64,000 nucleotides of DNA, taken from NCBI GenBank assembly GCA_035221665.1, contig CM069145.1, forward strand, positions 15,996,001-16,060,000, given 5' to 3'. This stretch comes from Okamejei kenojei. Taxonomy: Eukaryota. Position 1 is the first letter of the stretch. Each line of letters opens with the position of its first letter. Both the position numbers and the translations under genes were made by a program. Shown here one piece after another: positions 36,307 through 49,899 of the stretch. The notes beneath the pieces are model-generated. The model saw nothing but the letters and a program-made list of their open reading frames with translations, made no database searches and was not told the origin of the DNA.

Positions 36307-37526
36307 TAAGTATTGTATTCCACGGCATCTGAAAACTCAGTAAAATTGGGACAATTGTTTTAATTTTTTTTTAAAAGCAATTGGACATCAAATCTAAGCA
36401 GAGGAAAATGCCTTTGCACAATGAGGATGATGCTGCCTAGTCGGTAGTGCAGAATCTCATGAGATTTAATTCTGCATTTATGATATTTAAAAATAAAAAT
36501 GTTCAAATTTTGCAGGTGCACAATAAATCAAAAACACCACACACCAAGCATTACCCAAAAACTCCAGCTTCGGAAAACTTGTAAAGCACATTTTCACTCA
36601 ACCCAACTAGATTGCTTGTCACAACTGACATCCCTCGTCAAAAGTTATCCTTCACTGCTCATGGGCAACACAGAAGGTCAAAGACCAAATACAATGGTCC
36701 ACCCTATCCCACTTTCTTCTTCAGACCCAGCATATATTGAACGTAAAGATGACAAGAGAGTACACGTTGGAACAGCTGCCAAATGAACAGAAGCTGTCCA
36801 GAGCTGGCGAGCCGAAGGAAAAAAAAACTAGCCCATCTATACGAACGTCAAGACCAGGGATCAGAGAGTGACAAGTTTAAAGTAGCGAGTGGAAAAACAA
36901 AAAAGCTTAACGCACAAGAATAAAATTACTGAAAAATCCACGAATCGCAACTGTTTCAGGGATCAAGACAGAAACCATAACACACTGTGCTACTTGGCTT
37001 GATTCAAATGATTCTCAGAGACCTTCATTTTCAGATAAATTAAATTGTAAAGAAACTAATCTTTCCGACTATGTTCTTTTATTTGCCTTTTAAAATTGTT
37101 CTTCACCCATGCTCCCCCCCCTTGTCCCTTTCTCCTGCACTCTCCCAGGGTCAGGGAATGATTATCTGGCAGTTCTGAGCGTCTGACTGCACATGGGGAC
37201 TACTTGCCGCTCGGAAGCCTGACCTGTGAGCTTTATTTTCCCCTCAACTTGCCAACACTCTGGTTGTATTCATGAGCTGCAATCTAATTCAAGTGCACTT
37301 AAGTTCTTGCAAACAAGAAGCAGCCGAGAACACCACATCATGGAAGAGGCTCCTGTTGGGGACGGAGAGATGAGTAAATATCACTGCAGCAGCCGGCTTG
37401 ATAGGGTAACCTGTCCACACATAAGCCGTCCCAATTAGCTAAAGAAAAATTCAGTTACTACTCCCCCGATGGCTTGCGGCACTATTGCCTAGCAGTGAAT
37501 ACCGGCAGAGGTTTAATGATGATTAC

Positions 37527-37579
37527 CCCCTTCGACTGGATATAAGAACAATATAGTACTGAAGTAAAACAATGAAAGC
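37527..37579 (-). ncRNA. Candidate non-coding exon (53 nt)
   Basis: About 65-nt pyrimidine-rich tract including (CT)n ending ctcag|G; donor GGG|GTAATC. Confidence 0.35.
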
Positions 37580-37581
37580 CT

Positions 37582-37616
37582 GAGAGAGAGAGATTGAGAG
37601 AGAGAGAGAGAGAGAG
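37582..37616. repeat. (GA)n microsatellite
   Basis: Directly visible. Confidence 0.95.
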
Positions 37617-40600
37617 AAAAAAAAAGCAAAAACTCAAAAGAAAAAGGCTCAACACCAGCAGCTGTTTTTGTTATGCAAAATTAGCTGAATCAAAGCTGTG
37701 AACTCAAAGCTAGAATTCAACCCCTCAAGATTCAGGAGTGCATTTATTATTGTGCTATTAAGCTTTCCCCTTACTGCAATACAACAGTGCCAATAACCGC
37801 AACAGAGTGCCACTATGCACAGACTATTTCTAAATTGTGCTCTAGGCTAAACATTCTTCTGTACATACTGGTAAATTCAACAGTCTCTTTAACATCTGAG
37901 AACAAATTACCAACAAGTCATTTTTGCTCAATATCGCAAGCCAATGTGGCTCCCTGTTTCTCTCTATTACAAACATGTACAGTACCTTGCCCGAGAGTCA
38001 TTTGGACGCTGATACAAGATTCATAATAGCTGTCAGAATCTCAGATTTTTTCCTTTTGTTTTATGAGGTCAGGCAATATTACATGCACTGAAATATTCCA
38101 TTTCCCAGCTGAAACCCTTCTCATTTGAGCACGACAGTTTGAGGGAGTCATGATTTTGCAACCCAGCATGTGAAACACAGTGCAAGGGGGCAGGTGCCTA
38201 ACCCCACATTCTCCTTCTGCTCCTGTCCACTGGCAACAGTAAATTAAACTGTCAAAAATGGAATTGTCCTGTCATCAACAAAGCTATAGCTTCACAAGTA
38301 TTGCAACATCAGATGTATTTCTAATTCTGCATTTCTCTGCACCTGTAATTTCATCAGAAAGTCTTACTGGACCATGGTGAGGGCTGTCCAAGGGACGGGG
38401 GTACTGTGAATTGCTTCGAAGGCTTGACTTGGCATTTCGGAGACAGAAATTAATGAACAATGTTGGCAATTTATTATATAAGAGAAGTGTGCTGAGCGAG
38501 AGGTCTTGACCTGCCGCTCAGCTTTGATCCCCTCTAAAAGGGTAGAATTGCTAACTTGTACCTGACATTGAGCCTTGGTGGACCAGAAAAAAATCCTAAA
38601 CACTGACATTAAAATACGTACTAACATACAAGACTGAATAATGCCTGGTGTAGTTAAAATATGAATAAACCTGCAGACTTTGAAAGGAAAAATAAACACC
38701 AATAGAGAAAAGAAAAATTATCTGAATGTTTCATCATAGTCAGAATACAGAATATTCCTTTATTAATTCGCATTTAATGTCACTTTAAATTGCTGACATT
38801 ATTTTCCTGCTGTATTAGGAAAAAAATGTGTGTAATTAGTCAGTATTAAGCCTCTGTTATTTATTCGAGTCAAATAAACAACACCACTTTAATTACCTGG
38901 GCTCTGCAATATTGATCTGAGCATCAAATTTTAATATGACTTTATTTCAGATTTCCATATGACTAGTATTCAAATTTGTTCCAGCAATAACAATTTTGCA
39001 GGCATAAATGACTTTTCATTCAAAGTATGTAAATTATTCCCCAACACTTGGGAATGCAAGACTTTCAGCGCTAGCAGCATGTTTATGTAGACCTCAGGGG
39101 CCTTGGTACTTCATGAGCTGCTCTCTAATATGGCAGAAAAGCCACCAATTACCAGAAGAGACAAAAGTCAACTAAGACAGGGAATCTCTTCCTCCCAAAC
39201 CTTGTTCTCTCCCACTTCAGTACATGGTGTTAACGACATACAAATTTTGAGGGCATTAACTATAAACAGGAATTCAAAACAAGATAGACACACTGTCAGA
39301 ATATGCCAATGTCAGCATCTTAAGTACCCCCATAATCCCAGGACACAAGTTTCGGTATTATTGTCTCAATTTAACTTGCATTAGTACCTAGCACCTTGAT
39401 TACACTATTGGGGTGGTAATCTTCCTGCATATGCCATCATTACTTATGTCAAGCCACTTGAGCAGTTATGAATATTATTCTGTTTTACGAGAGAATAAAT
39501 TAGTGTTGCTCCCCTAGAGTTTTGGGTGCTTAACACTGAAGCAGTATGCAGCCTTGTGAAATCCCATAACAAATCCTTGTTTAGTGCCACATGTAGATAA
39601 GAGCTATGTTGCAACATTCTGGCATAATTGACTCATATCCTTCTTCATTTAAGGACAGCAGAAAATTTTGCACCTTTTTTCCTCATTAATCTGAATTAGT
39701 GCTGGTTTATCTAGAGAATCTACATCCTTTTAACATGCTAGGTCTGAAGTATTTGTATTTTAATATTACATATATTAGTGTCTTGTTCAAGAGAATTGTT
39801 GTCGTATATTAGAGGGTTGTGCATTGTTTGTTCAGTTTATATGATGGAACCTCCAATATGAATAGGGTAAATCTCTTGGGAGCCACAGAAACTCAAAAAT
39901 GATGTACATATGAGTACATGAGCCCATGGAAACTGAATATAAATGACTATGCCCCAGCAAGTCATATCTGGGGTGGAATAGGCCAAATAAATAATTCTGA
40001 CGTTAGGGGAAATAAAGAAGAATCTCAAGCCCTACATAAAAATCTTTTTTGTATGCAATGCAACAGAGTTATATTTTACTAAATTGTCTTTAAATAGGCC
40101 AGCATTCTTTATATGGGTAGTGAATGGTGAATAGCACTGTTTCAGAATGTCAGAAAAATATTCTTTGACACATTACAACAGCACACAAATATCTGACTGT
40201 GGAATAACATTCTACTGCTCGTCCTAAATTATGCCATTATTAACTTTATTTTATTTATTTTTTTAATTTTCCCCACCACAAAAATAAACTGTTTTGTTAC
40301 TAGCAATATTGCAAAACTAAGCGGAAGATGCAAGTGGAAAGATACTTTGCTTATGGGATAAGCATTCCTTGTTTGGTTTTATTAACACTCAAGACCCTCC
40401 AGTGCCTGCCTAAAATTTGCAAGTTGGCTGACCAGCTCGTTTAAAACTATGTTACGACAGGTCACGCCACATGCATATCGTGAGGCAAATGCCTTTGCAC
40501 AATGAAGATGATGCTGCCTAGTTGGTAAACTGCACCACTGGGGGAATTCACCCCTTTCATTAAAATAAACCGAGTAAACGGTGACCTCAACGTCTCCCCA

Positions 40601-43600
40601 ACTGACGGCACCTTTGAAAAATGGATTTTGACAGTTGAATGAAACTTTCATGAATTGACCAGAAAAACGCCAGTGGAACCCACAGGCTGACCAGGAGACA
40701 CAAATGTGAATTACGGCATGCCGAACCTCAAGCATGGGCTGCTGCCACAGCCCTCACGAGTCAAATCAAATTTGCTCTTCCAAAACCTTTCCTGAGCCCA
40801 CTGACACACTTTCAGAATTATATATATTTTTTCACAAATCATTAAAATCTTTTTTCTCTTCCAAGCATGGGTTATTTCAGAATTAAGTGCTAGGCTCTCT
40901 GGTGCTCTGGGAAATGTAAACTCCAATTTTTACTCCAAATTCACAATACACTCCAGTAGCTTGTGCTCTCCAAAGCCCTGATCAAACCCTTAAGATGATG
41001 AGCATCTTAGAGAGTGCTTTGGTAAATCATGCAAACAGGAGTGGGTAGGAGGACAAAGTCATCTCTTTTGCCATTCCACACAATGAGTAAATTGAATTGC
41101 AAACCACCCTGGTCCAAGAATAAGTACCACAGTTACAAAACGGCAAGGTGAGTCTTTCATCAAAGCTGTAGTGCCAAATGAACATTCGGGAGGTGGGGGG
41201 TGGTGGTGGTGGTAATTGTGCAGGCTGCTTGTCTTCCCCGTCTTAGAAAATCCTGCTTTATCACGACTGAAGATATCAGCATGAATTACTTCTAAATCAA
41301 AAGCTACTGCTAATCAGTTGGGGAACTAGTTTGCAAAATGAATGGCGAGCATTCTACATTGGAATCATTTTAGAGAAGCAGCTTTTAGATTTGTGTAAAT
41401 GCACATCACTAATAGTATTTCCCTAGTTGTGCAGAAAGAGATTAATTATTCCTTTAATGAACCATTTGAATAAATTTAAAATTACCATTTTTATTTTTTA
41501 ATCCATTAGTGTTGGCATCCCCCCCCCCCCCCCCCCCCCCCTCCCCCTCCACCATACACACTGTCTTTACAAGAGGCCCATACATCTGATATTCTTGCCA
41601 ACAAAAGCATTTGAAATTAGTGATTTGCTTTCAGAAACTTTAATTACAATTTTAAAACACTATTTCTTCTGTTTAATAGATTCAAATTGTTTTAGTATTA
41701 TCTTGGTTGCATATAAAATGTACAGTATGTGACAATATTCCCAGGATTAATCACTCTTGAAATTATAATATGCTCTTGAAATACCAAATAAAAAGACAGC
41801 AATGTTGTTGATGTACTCAAAGCTTCTCGCTTTCTGGAGTTTGCTATTATTATGCATATCCAGGTAGGAAGTTAATTAACCCAAAGCTTAAGCTAATTAT
41901 GATAGCAGAATGCTATCAACCAAAGCTTTCAGTCAGACAGCTGTCCAGAATTTCATTTGCTAATCATTTGTCTTTGGCTGAGCATATGGTACACTTTCAT
42001 GCAATCAGACGAACAACAAACAGCTGAAAATCATTAACTAAAAACAATGTGCATGAAATCAGAAGCAATTTATATAGCCTGGTGTCAAACAGAAACCTAA
42101 ATACTTCCTCCATAAAAATTTATCAGCTACTGCTCTTTCATATTTTCTCATTTGGAAAATTCAATTCTGTACACAAAAAAGACTGGGAATTCTGCTAAAC
42201 AATGCAAGGTTTTATCAAATCTGGTTAAGCAAGTTTTATATGATCATCTAATTTGTAAAGTTTAAAACTGCAATCTTCTGTGACAATCGTGCCCGGAATC
42301 ACCTCACAGAATTAAGCTAAATAGGATTAAGTGAAAATGTAATTCCTAAAAGGTGAACATTAGGAAACCTACATCTGGTTAGATACAATGAAGGATAAAT
42401 GTAAATTATTTATTTTGCCAGTAAACTCATGAAAATCTCACACATGCCACTGCTTATTTCACAAAATTGGTTATTGTTTTGTGTTAAAGGTGCTAGTCTG
42501 TGCATTAAACTCAAACAAATCAGACAGAATTTTATTAGGTAAGGCCAGGTCTTGACTTCTCAAATGATGTGACAGCTGCAATTGTAACTGGTCAAAGGAT
42601 CACTAGAGCCTGATTAATTGTTGGTCAGAGGGGACTTCTATTGGTCACGGACCAATGAACTTCTGGGAATTTGCACCTCTGGATATATGAATTTGGAACA
42701 ATACAGAACTATTTCTTATTTACCAGAAGTTTAAAAATGCTGTAATTCCATTTATACAGTAACATTCATGTATACCCTGGAAGAGGTGTTGATCTGCATC
42801 AAATGGAGAAGTGCACAAAATCAAAAGAGTAAATGGCAAGCACATTCATAATCCTCACATTACAGAAAGCAGAGAGGGTAAATTGTGAATACCTGCCAAC
42901 CACTAACTGAATGCAATAATGAGAGTACTTGCCAAGGGCAGTATGCGGTACAAGTGCCCCCCTTTAACCCTTTGTCATCACCTGGTTACCAGGCCACCTA
43001 AAAACAACATATGACCAGAATGAAAGGAACTTTGCTGTAGTTCTGTTCCCCCCCCCCCCCCCCCAGTCAAGATTAAAAATGACACTATGAGCAAGGCAGT
43101 ATGTAAATTAACTGATTAACACCAAACTCAGCCACCAGAACAACAGCACATTGTATGGTCGATAAAATCTTGACAGGACAGAAATGGTAAAACTCATAAC
43201 ATTATGATTATTGCACATTCCCAGCTATCCGTGAAAAATGTTTGCTGGATCTCCACATTGAACTAACTGCAGCTGTGGTGATGATGCACCTATATTGGTG
43301 ATAAATAAGGAATGCCAGATTACCAACTTGGCAGCGAAGGCAAGGAAGTGTGCGAACCCCACAGTACAATCACATACACGGAGAAATTCCAGTGAGCACA
43401 TTGTGAGTAACTGGGATTCTCATGCAACCTGCGTCACCAATGCATATGATGATGCCGTTCCCAGGACAGTTCTCCTTTTGAGGTATTGCAGGGACCTTGG
43501 ACCATGTCTGCCAAGAGGGACCTTCGATGGGTATTGCCGGAACAATATTAGTTTATAAATGTGAAATCAAACCACAAGACTGACAGGGTTAGTAAAATAC

Positions 43601-43899
43601 TCAACTATCCCCATCCCTGTTCCCAGCACCAAGGGACACCTCACTTCCAACCTTTACCTAACATCCCAATTCTATGCTTTCCCTTCAGCAAGCCTCCATT
43701 CAACTCTCGAACAATGTTGTCACTTCTCTGACCCACATTTGCAACATGGCCCTGTTCCTGATTCATCTATTATAATTTATCAACCATCCACCATCCTCTA
43801 AACCTAGGCAAATCAACCTTATCAACCATACACAAAAAAACGGGGTTGCCTAATCGCAGATCTCTAACAGAAGATCAATTAATCCTCTGACCCGCTCTG

Positions 43900-44270
43900 A
43901 GTTGCTGCCTCAAAAAGGCTGCCAGCATCATCAAGGACCCATACCATCCTGGTCACTCACTCATCTCCCAGCTGCCTTCAGGTAGAAGGTACAGGAGTCT
44001 GAAATCTGCAACATCCAGGTTCTGGAACAGCTACTTCCCCACAGCCACCAGGCTATTAAACTCTACTCAAACAAAACTCTGAACATTAATAGCCCATTGC
44101 ACTTTATCTGATTATTTATGTGTGTATATATATATATATATTCAATGGTATATGGGCACACTGATATGTTCTGTATTTATTTATGCCTACTATATTCTGT
44201 TGTGCTGAAGCAAAGCAAGAATTTCATTGTCCTATATGGTGCACATGATAATAAACTCTTGAATCTTGAA
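43900..44270 (+). mobile_element. Rex1/Babar LINE 3' end
   Basis: CLKKAASIIKDPYHPGHSLISQLPSGRRYRSLKSATSRFWNSYFPTATRLLN; tail AATAAACTCTTGAATCTTGA. Confidence 0.88.
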
Positions 44271-45956
44271 AAGCATAAGAACCCTCCTCAACATAAACTA
44301 ATCCTCTGATCCAAGTCCAGTAATTGTCCAATCACCCTCCCTCAACAGATGCCCACTCCTCTGCACCTCAAAATAAGACTACCCAGCCCCGCTTCCTTAA
44401 TAGAATTTAACTACCCAATTCCTTCCAAGCCCAAGGCATACAGAAAACAACTGCCTGAACTCCTTCCAACCTAGGATGATAACACTTCCACTCTCCCACA
44501 ACAAAAGAGAACCCTTCTGATTCTGCCCAAAAAGACTGGTTGAACATCTGACCCAAAAGAATACTGTCCAATCTTTGCCTTCTGCAAAAAGAATGACCAA
44601 TATCCACCTCCCCCAGGTAGCCAACTCAATAGCCTCCTCAACAAAACACCACAAAATCCTCCCTTTCTCAGCAGATCATCCAATATTTTCTCCCAATATT
44701 TTCTCCCATTAGGAAGACGTCGTATGCCCTACCCTCCCCCCTTCAATAAACTACTCTGAATCCCCCCCACAATCTAACAGCATAATCGCCAAATGATGAT
44801 GCCCAGCCTCAACACCAGAAAACTACCAAATCCCCCTATTCCCAACAGATTTTGTAAGATCTCCCACTTCTCCAAAGTGCTTAACTTCACCCTCTCCACT
44901 AGTAAATGACTGTGCAACAGCAACATTCCCAGGTGAACAAATAAAAATACAATACTTTGTGAAGAGACTTGCATAAAAAAGATTTAAATGTACATTTCAA
45001 CTTTTTAATCTAATAATTAACAATGGTGCAAGTGTTAAAGAAAATAGGATTTGCTTCTAGAGGAGCAGCAAACAACATTCCGGTGTAAGATGGCAGAACA
45101 GTGATTTGAGAACATTAAGAACTTAACTTGAATTGCGAGCTTACTGTCACATTTTTCACACACTTAGTGCTCCGTATCTCAGTGATTGAAAAGCGGAACT
45201 AAGGCTGATGTGTATTATCGGTTCCACGCTAGGAACCATTATCCACATCATATTGGTACTACCAGTAAAATATCCATTTAGTTTCTTCTGCTAGCATCTT
45301 TCTAAGGAGTACCACCTTCGCAAATTATAGTTCAGCAAATCATTTTCCACTTCTTCTGAAGAAATTTTGAAATGAAATTCATCTGCATTATTTTTTTGAC
45401 TTAAGTGACTGAAAAGCATTTTACTTCTGAAATGAAACATGTCAACTTCCATTTTCAGGTCTTTGTGCATCAATCCAGGAATTTGATTGGGCATTTCAAG
45501 TCATCGATGCATCCTTCATCCAATTCCTACAATTCCTGCATGTGAAATTGGCACTGTTCTTGTGAAATGTTCCTTTGCGAGTGCTGATAAAGAACTGCCT
45601 TAATTTTTCCTCATTCCTAAGACACCAATTCTTCCCAAAGCTACACTGAATAGGAACTTTGTCATTTGCCTGTACTAACTCTTTACCCTTCAATTCACTT
45701 GCTCTCCACCAATTGGCAGGAAATTGCCCCAAACAGTTGAAGATACAGACCCATTCCCTCCCAACTTTCTATACCTGTCTCACCAACTATTGAGCTCGTC
45801 TCAACCCCTAATATCTTTCCAAGGAACTCCTGAGTTTCTGACTCAGTGATTCCCTTTGGCTCTGACCTCTTTTCCCTCACCTTTGCACAGCACTTGCCCC
45901 AGGCTATCATTCATTGCTTGCATTCAATACTCAGATTGATAAATACTGAATATTAA

Positions 45957-46225
45957 GGGCGACATGATTTGCCAGAGACCCGTGTTCGATCCTGACTACG
46001 GGCACTGTCTGTATGTTCTCCCCATGACCCACAGGTTTTCTCCGGTTGCTCTGGTTTTTTCTCACATTCCAAAGACATACTGGTGTTCGGCTAATTAACT
46101 TGGAAAATAATAAATTATCCCCAGTGTGTGGGATGGTGTTAGTGCACGGGGAATCGCTGGTTGGCGCGGACTCGGTTGCCAAAGGGCCTGTTTCCTCACT
46201 GTATCTCTAAACTAACCTCAACTAA
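45957..46225 (+). mobile_element. V-domain SINE
   Basis: GTTCGATCCTGACTACGGG head, V domain, tail GGGCCTGTTTCCTCACTGTATCTCTAAACTAA. Confidence 0.85.
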
Positions 46226-46239
46226 ATTAAATAAATCAA

Positions 46240-46950
46240 GACATTTGTGGATACAATGTGATATACGATATTGGAAATTGGACTGCCAACAGTCACAACA
46301 CACAAGGTACACAAAACAGTTGAAATTAAAATTAAATTAAATTAAATTTAAAAAAAGAGAAAGACAAGCGACTGCTGTCCGGCTGCTGTGTGCACAGCGC
46401 CATCCCCAGAACAAATGAACAAACAAACAAAATCTCACTTATCCCCTGGGCAGAGGATTCTTAAAGTAGAATACCCCCCTCGCCCCATCCCCCACACTGG
46501 GTCCCCCTTTGTTCTTCATGGCTGTCCCCCCACACCAGGTCCTCAATATCCTCCCCTTCCCCCCTTACGGCCATCGACCACTGAACGCGGGTCGATCGCG
46601 AGCCCCCACCGCTGCCACCGAGGCCCCACCACTGCCGAGATTCCCGCTGCCACCGAGACCCCACCACCTCCGAGGCTCCTATTGCTGCCGAGGCCCCACC
46701 GCCGTCTACGCCGAGGCTCACACTGCCACCGAGGCTCCCACTGCCGCCACCGAGGCTCCTTCGGACCAGGCAGGCCTCGCCGCCTGGTTTCACCGCAGTC
46801 CCCTGGAACGCCTGTGGGGAGAGTCGTGCCAGTGGCGCGTTCCGGTCGGCGGCGCGATTGTCCGGCGGGTGGATCGGGCCAGCGCGGCTCTCTGGGTCAC
46901 TCCCGCTGCGCGTGGGGCTTCCCAGGATAAACAAGGGTATGTCAGGAGGA
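46240..46950. repeat. GC-rich interspersed repeat with internal ~18-bp tandem units
   Basis: Repeated CACTGCCACCGAGGCTCC-like units at about 46605-46760; (AAATT)n near the left end. Confidence 0.6.
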
Positions 46951-47017
46951 AAATCAATATGAACCCGCTGATTGCCAGAGCGGCCTCAAATGTCTAATCA
47001 TACTCCCATTTCTCATG

Positions 47018-47165
47018 TTTAATGTCCCATCCACAAAAGGCACTGTCGATAGTGCAGCACTCCTTCAGTGTCACACCGAGTGTTTGCATAAGTTTTTATG
47101 TTCCCTCTGAAACTCAGTGCCTTTGAACTCAGAGGTGAGGGGGCCATGAACAGAGCACCAACTGA
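47018..47165 (-). mobile_element. DeuSINE (SacSINE1-like) head relic
   Basis: Minus CTCACCTCTGAGTTCAAAGG...ACTGAAGGAGTGCTGCACTATCG...GGATGGGACATTAAA resembles the remembered consensus. Confidence 0.6.
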
Positions 47166-47627
47166 TATTCATAAATGTCTTCAGGTAAACTTAAAAATCA
47201 ATTTTGAGAATTTTGTTCACAAAGAAAGGCCCCACTGACACAAGACAAATTGTTGTCATTATTTATCAGGGATTTAAGAACTTAGAACAACACAAAAAAA
47301 ACAGGCCCTTCGGTCCACAGTGTCTGTGCTGAACATGATGCCAAAGTCATTTGTTATCTATCTGCTCATAATCCACATCCATCCATTCCTTTGTTATGGC
47401 CTTTAACACTGTTCCTAAAATAGTTACACAATTCATTATAATGGCAGACTAATATTTTTTACGATAATTTTGATTTTTTTTTAATGTAAGCGCTACTTCC
47501 ATGTTTGAAATCTCAATTCATGTTAACTTTTTTTTTAAAAAGAGGTAGTAAAATCCATGTCACCTAAGAAAACTGGTTGAAATATGAACAAATGGCTCCT
47601 CTTAACATGGTACTCTCTTAAGCATTT

Positions 47628-47925
47628 CAGTTCAGGTTAGATTAGTTTAGAGATACAGTGCGGACACAAGGCCTTTCAGCCAGCGATTGCCGCACATTAA
47701 CACTATCCTACACACACTAGGGACAATATACACATACACCAAGCCAAATAACCTACTACATACCTGTACGTCTAGGAGTGTGGGTCGAAACCGAAAATCT
47801 CGGAGAAAACCCGCGCAGGTCACGTACAAATTCCGTGTAGACAGCACCTGTAGTCGGGGCCGAACCCGGGTCTCCGGCGCAGTAAGCGCTGTAAGGCAGC
47901 AACTCTACCGCTGCGCCACCGTGCC
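47628..47925 (-). mobile_element. V-domain SINE, near full length
   Basis: Minus head GGCACGGTGGCGCAGCGGTAG (A box), GGGTTCGGCCCC (B box), V domain, tail. Confidence 0.9.
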
Positions 47926-47939
47926 TATCTGAAGGTCTA

Positions 47940-48270
47940 ATAAATGCCACTATCGTATCTATCTCAACCACCACCCCTGGCCTACCAACCCTATCAGGTA
48001 TTCACCACCCTCTGTGCAAAAAAGCTGTCCTGTATATCTCATTCAAATTTTGCCCCTATCACCTTAAAGCTATGGCCTCGAGTATTTTTTTTTCCGTTCT
48101 GGGAAAAAAGTCCTGACTGCTTACCCTGTATACACCTCTCTAATTCTACATTCTTCAATCAGTCAGGTCTCCACACAACCTCTGGCGTTCGAGAGAAAAC
48201 AATCCATGTTTGTCCATCCACTCCCTGTAGTTAATAGCCACCCTAATCCAGGCATCATTCTGGTAAACCT
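47940..48270 (-). mobile_element. CR1 fragment (continues about 48920-49060)
   Basis: TTCACCACCCTCTGTGCAAAAAAG...ACCTTAAAGCTATGGCCTC...AATCCAGGCATCATTCTGGTAAAC. Confidence 0.7.
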
Positions 48271-48271
48271 A

Positions 48272-48590
48272 GAAACAAGGAACTGCAGATGTTGGTTAAC
48301 AAAATAAGTGCTGGATTAACTCAGTGGATCAGGCAACATCTCTGGAGAACATGGATACGTGATGTTTCAGGTCAAAGACACATCTTCAGACATATTGCGT
48401 GAGGGGGAAAGAAGGATGGGGTGTGGGGGAAGAAGGGAGAGGTTGGAGGGAGGGGTTGTAGCTACCTAAAGTTGGAGAATTCAATGTTCAGATCGATGGT
48501 TTCCAAGCAACCCCAGTGTAATATGAGATGCTGTTCCTCCAGCTTGCCCGTGGCCTCACTCTGGCAATGGAGGAAGCTCAGGACAGAAGT
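48272..48590 (-). mobile_element. PLE 3' fragment with terminal repeat
   Basis: ATATGAGATGCTGTTCCTCCAGCTTG...CACTCTGGCAATGGAGG as at 35950-36005; CTGAAGA...GAAAC on minus at about 48360-48390. Confidence 0.82.
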
Positions 48591-48605
48591 CATAGTGGAA
48601 TTGTT

Positions 48606-48914
48606 TTAGTTTAGTTTAGAGATAAAGCACAGAAACAGGGCCTTCAGCCCACGGGGTCCACACCGACCAGCGATCCCCGCAAATTAACACTATCCTACAC
48701 CTACGAGGGACAATTTTTACATTTACCAAGCCACTAACCTATAAACCAGTACGTCTTTGTAGTGTGGGAGGAAACCAAAGATCTCGGAGGAAAACAGGTC
48801 ACAGGGAGAACGTACAAACTCCATACAGACAGCACCCGTAGTCGGGATCGAACCCGGGTTTCCGGCGCTGCATTTGCTGCCAGGCAGCAACACTACCGTT
48901 GCGCCACCATGACC
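48606..48914 (-). mobile_element. V-domain SINE, near full length
   Basis: A box TGGCGCAACGG, B box GGTTCGATCCC, V domain, (CTAAA)n tail. Confidence 0.9.
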
Positions 48915-49899
48915 ACCTTTTTGGTCATCCTCTTTTGCACCCATTCCAAAGTCTCCGCATGCTTCCCTTAATAGGGTGACTAGGACTGCATGCAATATTC
49001 CAGATGTGGCCTAACCAAACTAAAGACGCATCATGACTTCCTGACTCCCATACTTAAGGTACCTACTTAAATAAACATACGTGACTTGAAGACCAGAGGT
49101 CAGAGACCAGAGATAGGAGAGGGTTGTGTGTGACACCATGTTACTATGATGTTCTTAAGCCCGTCCCGCAATGACCACATTGGATTCAACTCCCAGCCAG
49201 TCCCGATCATCTCCCCAATAACGAACGCCCACACTCATCTCTCCAACAGATCATCATCTTCCCAAACAACTTCACTGCCACTTCTCTCCCCCACACCGTC
49301 CCCTCATCCTGCCCATACTTGTCCTCCCTTCTATCGCTGAGATCCATTACTCTTTCTCCAATATTTCCCCAAACTGGAATGCCCAACTAAATATCCTTCC
49401 CCATCCACCCTCGGATACATCGCCCCACGTGTTTCCTCCATCACCTCTACTCTCCGCAATGGTAGGAAAACATTGAGGATAAACTGGTGTGTATTTGCTT
49501 ATCTAAAGCCTATTCCACGTTGCTTACCACACAGGATCCTATTCGCAAAATGATAGTGAAGCCTCGATGTCTTGCAACAGGCACACCCCTCGGTGCTGCT
49601 ATGCTAAGTATTTCTGTGACTGAGAATTTTTCAGCTTTCACATTTGTTTGAAAAAAAAGACCATATCAATCCTCAAATCTGATCTTCGATGCTGCTTCAT
49701 AATTTTCTTATCTCTCACCGATCTGCTCCAATTAATATAGTACTCCCAGATAAGAACATTGTTTGACCTATGCACCATCCCCGCAATGACTCTCATCTGA
49801 TTTTCATTTTGCATTGTGTCCATAACCTTTGCTAATTTTCTGCAGCGAAACATCCAAACCCTCGTGGGTTTCCTGACAGAGATGCCATCAACAGCTTTA

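Noticed and set aside
37617-37647. MALAT1-like triple-helix motifs (minus UUUUUCUUUU and UUUUGCUUUU; plus AAAAAGCAAAA)
   Set aside because: No intervening stem, no downstream A-rich tract on the same strand and no tRNA-like element; better explained as a polypyrimidine tract.
40440-40540. Pre-miRNA-like hairpin over the duplicated 46-mer
   Set aside because: Pairing is irregular with many bulges, the 3' arms differ between copies, and no known mature sequence matches.
46388-46997. 157-180 aa ORFs in three frames
   Set aside because: GC-rich repeat with tandem units; no domain.
47850-47925. tRNA gene (A and B boxes; also 48840-48914)
   Set aside because: tRNA-derived SINE heads followed by V domain and LINE-like tail; no cloverleaf.
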